Shown: in pieces, positions 34,771 to 42,314 of the stretch
Numbering within the stretch: the first letter of the stretch is position 1
How the letters are laid out: each line of letters starts with the position of its first letter
NCBI GenBank assembly: GCA_003693705.1
Contig: RBZT01000854.1
Location: forward strand, 1-42,314
From: Polymyxa betae A26-41
Taxonomy: Eukaryota > Protista > Endomyxa: Phytomyxea
Length of the DNA stretch: 42,314 nucleotides
Direction: 5' to 3'
Translations under genes and position numbers: made by a program
Notes under the pieces: generated by a model
Told to the model about the DNA's origin: nothing
The model's input: only the letters and a program-made list of their open reading frames with translations
The model's database searches: none

Positions 34771-35338
34771 CTGAGAATTGGATCCGATACAACTTCCAAT
34801 CTCATGATTAACAGCCTATCGGTTAAAGAGGGCCCCGCTTTAACAAATTACAATAACGCAATGCCTTACAATGATTTTTCGCCACTCCTGCTCACCATGT
34901 GGTGGCTACGCCTACGAACAAGGGAGGGAGACCGAGGATAAGCGGCAGTAAAAGCAATGATCTGTATTAGATCGGGTTCGGTTGGATATTGGAAAGACTG
35001 GGAAAGAAAGAAGCAATAAAATAAAAAATAGTGGAAATATGAGTGCTAGATGTCGGTCCCGACACAACACTAGGTGCCTCGGTCCGGTTTGTAGAGTAGG
35101 ACGGTTGCCTGAAACCTTGTATGGTTATAGTGTGTTGCAAATTATTTCTTTAATAGAAAGAATTATCAGAGCTTGGAAAGAGCTTGGTTGAAGTGCGTGG
35201 CGTCTACGTTTTGGGCGTCTCCTTATTGAGTAGCTTTGACTGTGGAGCGCATTTTCCGTCCCCTTAACTTTCAGGAGGTCGCCGATCTCCTTTTCAAAAA
35301 GGAGATAAAACGCCGTCATTTCGGAACGCAAAAAGGAG

Positions 35339-36318
35339 ATGGTTCTCTTTGAAGAAGTCGACGATGTTTTGTCATCGGATTCGGAAGATGACGTTGTTAT
35401 TTTCCACGTTATTCTTGGTAGTCTCCAAGCGCCAATGACCATACTCCTGGCAGATGGACGACGATCGAAAAGGGCTAGAAACGAGCGATTGACTTTCCGG
35501 AACTGAATATGGGAGCAAGTTTATTCTTCCAGTGGTGATGGCTGGTTTCATGCTAATCTGCGAGTGAATCGTTTCTCGTTTCAATATTTTGCTGCCGATA
35601 GAATCAGTACCATCCGAACTCGGCATCAGCTTGATTACAGCTACGAACGCTCGCGTAGATTACCAAATGAAGCTTGCAATGACATTGGCCTACCTTGCAC
35701 AGTCTTCTGGGTTTCAGACGACTGTTAGCCTCTTCGGAGTGGCGAAAGCACAGCTGTTGTCCTGATTAACAACATAATGGATGTCTTAGAACGATCGCGG
35801 GCAGTATTATTAAAGTGAGAGCGAATTCGGTCGCATTCCCTAATATTCCACTAATAAATGATACTGTAGATGCCCATGGCTGAATGGACAGCTGTAGCTG
35901 ACGGTTTCGACAAAATAAAAGGTTATCCCGAAGTAGCTGGTGCAATTGATGGGGCTCTAATAGAGGTTGAACGTCCCCAAAACGTTGAAGTTTACGTACG
36001 ATTTGCAAAGACAAAGGCTGATATCTGGACCCAAAATGCTTTGCTGTTCAATAGATGGTATTGCAGGAAAAATGTTCCTGCAATCAATATGCAGGCGATA
36101 GTCGATAGCCAGGCAAGATTTTTGGACTATTCAATGCGACCAGTATCCTGTAGCGACAAGAACCTATGGAATGTGTCAGCGGTCGGCCAGAACATCGCAC
36201 AGATTATTCCTCGAGGAATGCATCTTGTAGCCGACGCAGGTTATACTTTATCTGATGTAATGATGGTTCCATACAGCATTACAGAAGAAATGCCCAAAGA
36301 TGAATTTAGGTTCAATTA
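35339..36318 (+). pseudogene. HARBI1-like Harbinger transposase (element C), 5' part
   Basis: WFHANLRVNR, MKLAMTLAYLA..SGF, GYPEVAGAIDGALIEVERP, WYCRKNVPAINMQAIVD, HLVADAGYTL, FRFNY. Probable short intron at ~35990-36055. Confidence 0.88.
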
Positions 36319-36576
36319 CCGTTGACTCTCTCGTAATTGATAGGGTCGGGAGAAAGGGAATTTATCAACTATGAGGGAGTATCAAATATTCCAATAAAAA
36401 TGCGGACGCATTTATTAGAATGCGTTCCCACAAATTTGTTTTGGCATATGGAGTTTCGCTATTGAGCCGGTGCAAAAGCTACGGACGGAATTTGCGGAAG
36501 AGTTGCTAGGGTTTCGGGTCAATAGGCTACGTCTCTCGCTCTCTGCTGCTGAATCTGCTTGAATCACGCCTTTGAA

Positions 36577-38623
36577 ATGGACTCATGCGCTGTCTGTCGT
36601 AACGCCATGCAATCATCTCATAGGTGACGTCTTAGAGAACGGCATTGGGATATGTTATCACAATTGATTCGAGTACTAGATGTCCGGACTGTCGACGTTC
36701 TGTCCATGCTTTTTGCGGACTTCCAGTCGGAGAGGAAGGTCATGGGCAACAAGTTTGGTGCTCAAAAGAAGGCACATGTGATTTAGCTTGCAGCGATTCC
36801 ACTGATTTCGAAATGTCTACTACGTCAGTGGATTCCAGTGATGTCTTTCCTGAAAACAACCGGAGCTTATCTATTCTGTCGCTGACACCACAGCATGCCA
36901 TCTGAAATCCGGTTCTGGGCTTACGGAACAAATTCGTTTGAGCATTTGGCGTTATCATAAAGAGAACAAACAGATGAAGCAACAGGAAATTGTTGAAAGA
37001 ACGCCACGGAGTTTCAGATTCGCTCTTTATCTAAATCTGCCGTATCGCGGATTATAAAATAAAGTTGAAGTCTGAATCTGCGAAGTCTGGGAACTTAACC
37101 TATGAGCAAGTGCAAAAAAATTTACGAACGCTCTCAACAAAAGCCGAAGTTGACGCAAACTGGTTTAGCAAAATGGGCGAGAGACACATTTAACCTGTCA
37201 AACGCACCAAGTCAATCGACAGTTTCCAGCATTGTAAGCCAGAAACGCTCCCCTGGCGCTGGATTGCCGAAAAAGGATCTGAAAAGAAAACGTGCTGTGA
37301 AGTATCCGGAACTTGATCAAGCTCTGTATGAGAGGATTCTTCGATGTCAGGAGAGCCGAGTCTGTCTCTCGTGGCAGTTGATTCGAAACAAGCCCGGAGA
37401 TTTGCGGATTTACTGGACATTCCTGAATCAAAGAAAATTTCGTTTTCTGATGGCTGGGTGGAGAAATTTCTTTCAAGAAATGGTCTCAAGAGCGTGCTCT
37501 AAAACTCCGCGGAGAAAGTGGATCGGCTGATGTTGAAGCCATTGAAGATGCCATGATAGAATTGCTCGCTACTGTACGTCATTACAATCCGGCTGACGTT
37601 TTCAATCAGAATGAGACCGGACTTTTTTACGTATGGCTCCTGATAAGACAATTGCTTCTAGACAATTGGAAGGAATGAGAAAGAACCAAACCCGGATGAC
37701 TGTTGCGCTTTGTGCAAATGATGATGGCACTAAAATCATGGACTTGTTTTTCATCGGGCATAACCAAGAGCGTTTCAAAACAAGACACGAGAACGATTAA
37801 GCCTGTATTACCGAGCGAATGGCAAGGCCTGGATGACCGCAACTTTGTTCCAAGAGTGGCTTCAAATATTTGATAAGAAAATGAGGCTGAAAGGTCGTCG
37901 GATACTTCGGTTGTTGGAAAAAGCTCCTTCTCGTGTGATCAAGAACATCTCGATGGCCAATAGTCCTCCAAACGCCACCTCACGGTTTCAGCCGATGGAC
38001 CAAGGATTATTGCAGCTGTCAAGAAAAGGTTTCGGTCGTTTCAATTGGATCATTGCTTGGTCCGATTCCATGCTGGCGAATGCGACATTAATAATGGTCG
38101 ACATCCTGCGGGCGATGAGATGGTGCAAGATCGCCTGGAGTATCATCACACCGACAACCATCAGAAACTGTTGGCATCATATCGGACTTATCGCGCGAAG
38201 TGGAGAAACGTTAATTATGCCAGTGGATGAAAACGGATCAACAATTGATGCAACACTTGTGGAAAAAACTGATCAGCTCAATGTCGACTCTCCGATCCCA
38301 TTGGACGAGTCGATCCAAATGGATGATCTCGCTGTCGATAAGTTTTTGGATGAGATTGACGATTATGACTTGGGGACGATGGTGTTTGTGGAAGGACATG
38401 AGCCCGAAGAGGATCACGTTGGGGCTGACGGCCCTGAATCAGCACAGCCTGTACCACGTATGGCATCCTACAGCTTTGATGAGAAGGTGAACGCTTGGAA
38501 AGAACTGTTCAGCGCCAATCCGGAGAAATATATTGAAGGAATGGAAGTTCTTCGACCAGCTCTGATTGATATTCAGTATGATGAGAAGCTGGACAAGCAG
38601 CAGACGCTTATACAAAGCACAAT
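36577..38623 (+). pseudogene. pogo/CENP-B-like DDE transposase with an N-terminal PHD-like finger; last codons at 40388-40412
   Basis: LTQTGLAKWARDTFNL..PSQSTVSSI (HTH), KYPELDQAL, DVFNQNETGLF, RMTVALCANDDG, AWMTATLFQEWL, PPNATSRFQPMDQG, IRNCW. Frameshifted. Confidence 0.9.
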
Positions 38624-38850
38624 AAACCTATCAGTAAAAGGTGTCAAATCTTGGTGAGTCACACAGCTTTGGGGCCAAAGCTTGGCGAATCGGCCTCCTG
38701 CTGCCCGTCAGTGCCAAAGTTTGGTTCAAAGTTTAAACCCCAGTCAAAACCTGGGCCCCAACTTTGACCATGCTTTGACGTTTGGTATCACCTGTTTTGT
38801 AATAAACATATCATATTTCACTGTGCATATTATCGCCTGGCTTTGTAGTT

Positions 38851-39576
38851 ATGAGCGAGTCTACTGCAAGCATTGAAGAGGTATTGGTTTCGCCTCCGAT
38901 AAAGGCGAAAACCGCTGGTCGTGATACGATTACGTCCTTTAAGATCAGCGTGCTGATGTCGTCCCACGGAAACCACTATAATTCGTGGTGTTCGACCAGG
39001 AAAAAAGCTGGCAAACAAAATCCCCGAAGAGATCTGTCCTAAGGTATGAGTTCCCTGACGTGGTAATATTGGTATAGCATTTTGTAGATATATGCTGATT
39101 ACAAGAAAGACTGTCCTGATTGTACTCTATCTGAGGAGCAGCTTCGCCATTATATTCGCGTCGAAAAGTCCCAACTGCAGACCGGCAACGCGGACGATAA
39201 ATCTGGTAAGGTTGCTCTTCAGCCGGGAGACTATTTCCAAGAGGTGGTCAAGAAGTCAAACGGCCATGCGAAGCGAAATATTATAGCAGAACAAGATCGG
39301 ATTGCCAGCACGATTCCGGTGAAGAAACCGAAAGCGCAAACGCCGGTAAGCAAACCCACCAGCATTCAGCCCACAAAGGCACAGATGCTGCATACTCAAT
39401 TATTATCTATCGCCACTATGAGTGAGAATTACTCCTCGATACGCGATCCGCATCAGGAGCTTCTTCGCCACATGGCGGATTTAACTAAACTGGAGAAATT
39501 GAAACAAGTTCTCTCGTTGGGGCTGATCGAACAGGATGAATTCAACAAAAGAGCTGCTGCTCTTTTGGAAGTGTGA
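38851..39576 (+). pseudogene. Accessory gene of copy 4
   Basis: RKKAGKQ..EICPK, then GT-AG intron 39044-39087, then IYADYKKDCP; GHAKRNIIAEQ; DLTKLEKLKQVLSLGLIEQDEFNKRAAALL. Confidence 0.85.
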
Positions 39577-39581
39577 CGCCT

Positions 39582-40232
39582 TCAATCAAATAAAACTTTT
39601 GTATTGAACCAAAGTTGGTGGCGGTCTCCAAAAGTGTCGCTCATCGGGCGACGAATCTGGACAAGTGTTCCATCGATAAACCCTATGCATCCATTGAAAC
39701 CTGTTCTCTGTGCTAGGGCTTGCCGTTCTGCTGCAGTTGGCCACCTTAACTCATCAGCCAGCGCGACGTTGATGACAGATACAACAAATATTGCATCGTC
39801 GCAGGCAGAAGACTTGGACCAATTCCAGCCATGCGCTCCAAACACGACTGTGTTATCGTGCTTTATATACAAAAGGAAGTGGAGAAGACGTTGCTGATGA
39901 TTAGGTTTCGGAATTCGCCCGAATATCCCCCTTGGCTGTCCGGTCGATCTTGCCGTTGTCGCCAAAATTGGGCATACTTTTGCGCTGAGCTCTTCAAATT
40001 CAGATGCAGTGAAATTTGTCATAACCTTGAAAAGCGATGGGTTCTTCATTAAAAGATAAAGTTGATCACGAACTCCTTCATCAGGATCGACGAATCGCTG
40101 GTCATCGTTCGTCATTTCTTCATCATCAAAGAAAACGCTAGAAGTAGCTGCTGCAGTCGATGCAGCTATCAGTACGAACATCTGCTGGTCGAGGATCTCG
40201 TTGATGGTGGAATCGCTGTCACTATCGATCAT
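39582..40232 (-). pseudogene. DDE_Tnp_4 transposase of copy 4, N-terminal half only
   Basis: Open ORF with TNFTASEFEEL, YIKHDN, WNWSKSSACDD, GCIGFIDGTLVQIRRP. Ends just after WFN, so the second D and the E of the triad are missing. Confidence 0.9.
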
Positions 40233-40601
40233 TGTTGCAATAAATAGCACCTTCAAAAACCTGGCCAAGCTTTATTATGATGTGACTGGCTGCATAGCAA
40301 AGTTCGGTCATTATAACGGAAAGCAGCAAACCTTGGTTGCCACACAGCTTTGCTCGTCAAAGATGGGTTCCTTTTACGGATAGGTTTAATGCATTCATAT
40401 TTCCACTCATAATTCAATTCCTGCGTTTCGGAACTCATAAATCAACATTTGACTGAACTCTCTCATAATTGATTTCCTGAAAAATATATTCAGATATGAG
40501 AGAATAATAATTATGTTCATACAAAATGCTCGGGAGAGAAAAAAGTATTACATATACGAGAGTATCAGTTATGAGAGAACCAGTTATGCGAGAGTCAACG
40601 G

Positions 40602-40919
40602 TATCTTCATTCTGTCACAAGTATTTGTGTTGAACGTGCCTTTGGGCTGCTGAAAGGGCGCTGGAGAATATTGAAACGACCCCTCAACATGAAAACGCCA
40701 GATAGAAATTAACTTACAATCGCCTCTTGCATGGTTTTACAAAATCTGGCACTTGAGGCAAAGGACTCCTTTGCTATTGAGAAGATTAGCCAACAAGACC
40801 CTTACCAAGGCTATCATATAAGATGGATCCAAGCTCGATGTGGACACCAGCAACGCGCTCTAATCAAACGAAACCAAATCAAGAGATATGTGACGGGCAT
40901 CAACACATCAGAACAATAG
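40602..40919 (+). pseudogene. HARBI1-like transposase (element C), 3' part
   Basis: LHSVTSICVERAFGLLKGRWRILK...IASCMVLQNL. Confidence 0.88.
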
Positions 40920-40964
40920 GCAAGCAAAAATATCAAACATTTTACTGACCGGATTTGTTAGGAC

Positions 40965-41195
40965 CTACTTTCCTAGTTTGTCTGCAATCGTATTAAGTGC
41001 AGCCAGCATCGAATGCAAAAGGATGGTCTGTTCGCTAGCTTTGGCCTGCTGATCGGACTGCAGACTTTTTATCTTCGCAAAGATTTGCCCTTCAACCGTA
41101 ACCTTGTTCGATTTTGCAGCACGAGCTGCTGCAAGCTTGGAAATTGAAGCAGCAAGGCTCGCAAATCCAGGGCCTGATGCTTTCTTTCCCTTTTG
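40965..41195 (-). pseudogene. Probable C-terminus of the element C accessory gene
   Basis: Convergent with the transposase. Helical tail GFASLAASISKLAAA...LLHSMLAALNTIADKLGK*. Confidence 0.45.
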
Positions 41196-41329
41196 TTTTT
41201 CTTACATGAATTGGTTATTAGGAAACGATAATTGACCATAAGCAAAGGTCTATTTGAGGCGTCCCCCAAATATAAGCATATATAGGCGTCCCCATATTGC
41301 TTTTGACCGTTATGCTTTGGCAAAATGAT

Positions 41330-42305
41330 TAAGATGATGGAAATGAAAACCGAAACCGACGACGAAACCGAAGACGAAATATGGGCGTGTGCCAAACGAT
41401 GACACAACTGACCTTTTCCAAATTTGATTATCTTAGAATATCTAGGCACGCGCCACCAATGCCTAAACCTAATAGATGTCATTAAAACCGCCATAGTTGA
41501 AAATTTGTGAAATTGCTTACTCTCTCTGTCTCTCTTGCTGATGGCGCATTTCAACACCTATGAAGACTTTTTGCGATTAAGAATGGATTGGATTGAATTT
41601 GGACGATAAAACTTGATGGAACGTATAATGCAAGGGTTGAAATGAAAATATGGGAAATTGTCTGCCAAGAATACGTTAAAGACAAGGAGAATGCTGAAAA
41701 CACTTTACGAGAAGAACGACAAGCAAAAAGAACAATCCATGATGAATTGATGTCTAATGATGATGAAATACAAGAAATAAGAAAGCAAGTGAAAGAAATG
41801 ATGGACAAATTACCTAATGTTCCTATGAAAGGGATGACGAGACGCCAGAAAGAGATTGTCAATATGGAGATTGATAATGGAATTGATGAGATACGAAGAA
41901 AGCATCTGTATAATGTCAAGATTAATAATGAACTGAAGCAAGTGGAAAATCCAAAGAAAAGCGTGCTGAAGAAGATAGAAAAACCAAAGAAAGACTAGTT
42001 GAAGAAACTCATGGAAACGATTGTTGAAGAAGAAACCGACGATGATGATGATGATATATCTGAAAGCGAAGAAGAAGAAATACCACCAAGACGGATTACA
42101 CCAAAAAACCAGAAAAAAAACGAAATCAAAGGGAGATATTGCGCGTGAGAATAAGGAATTGAAAGACAGATTATACAATCTGGAAAAGATGATGGAGATT
42201 ATGACACTGAAATATAAAAACAAGAAGAAGAAGACAAAACAGAGTGAGAAGGTAATGAAACGTTTAAGTAATTTAATGCTAAAGGACGATAATGAAGATG
42301 ATTGA
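41330..42305 (+). pseudogene. A-rich, K/E/D-rich disrupted ORF of unknown origin
   Basis: ORFs 41642-41998 and 42021-42305 look like one decayed charged, coiled-coil protein. Abrupt compositional shift near 41200. Confidence 0.3.
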
Positions 42306-42314
42306 ATAATAAAA

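Larger units (their letters stand above)
38624..40387 (-). mobile_element. AAA-TIR PHIS/Harbinger-like family, copy 4 (internally deleted, 1764 bp), nested in the pogo transposase 3' end
   Basis: TIR AAACCTATC(A/C)GTAAAAGG (17/18). TSD AAT (38621-38623, 40388-40390). Removal restores the pogo tail QSTMHSYFHS*. Confidence 0.9.
36319..40601 (+). mobile_element. pogo/Tigger (Tc1/mariner) element nested in the element C transposase
   Basis: TIR CCGTTGACTCTC(T/G)C(G/A)TAA(T/C)TG. TA TSD (36317-36318, 40602-40603). Removal restores FRFNY|LHS..VERAFG. Confidence 0.92.

Noticed and set aside
19318-40387. Spy-type insertion into AAA|TTT without TSD for the four-copy family
   Set aside because: All three copies with ends have direct 3-bp repeats outside the AAA/TTT, and the pogo tail is restored cleanly under the TSD model. 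Disfavoured, though not formally excluded.
41551-42223. Hydrophobic F/I/S-rich minus-strand ORFs as membrane proteins
   Set aside because: Antisense shadow of the A-rich K/E-coding plus strand.

Overview
This is eukaryotic, heterochromatin-like DNA made almost entirely of decayed, nested transposons. I see no intact host gene, rRNA, tRNA or CRISPR array. Short GT-AG introns and the TE repertoire suggest a microbial eukaryote, resembling oomycete, phytomyxid or fungal elements (inference only). Recognisable remnants: Ty3/Gypsy RT, protease, gag and LTRs; Ty1/Copia integrase-RT; a LINE RT; three hAT elements; a pogo/Tigger element with an N-terminal PHD-like finger; a Crypton-like tyrosine recombinase; and several PIF/Harbinger elements. 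Many insertions can be delimited to the base by TIRs and TSDs, giving up to three-level nesting. The most distinctive signal is four diverged copies of one two-gene PHIS/Harbinger-like family. Each has a DDE_Tnp_4-type transposase convergent with an accessory gene ending in a SHOCT-like helix pair. Three copies retain TIRs starting 5'-AAA around a shared CCGT core, flanked by 3-bp ATA/ATT/AAT duplications instead of the canonical TTA/TAA. All protein-family calls are by motif recognition, not database search.
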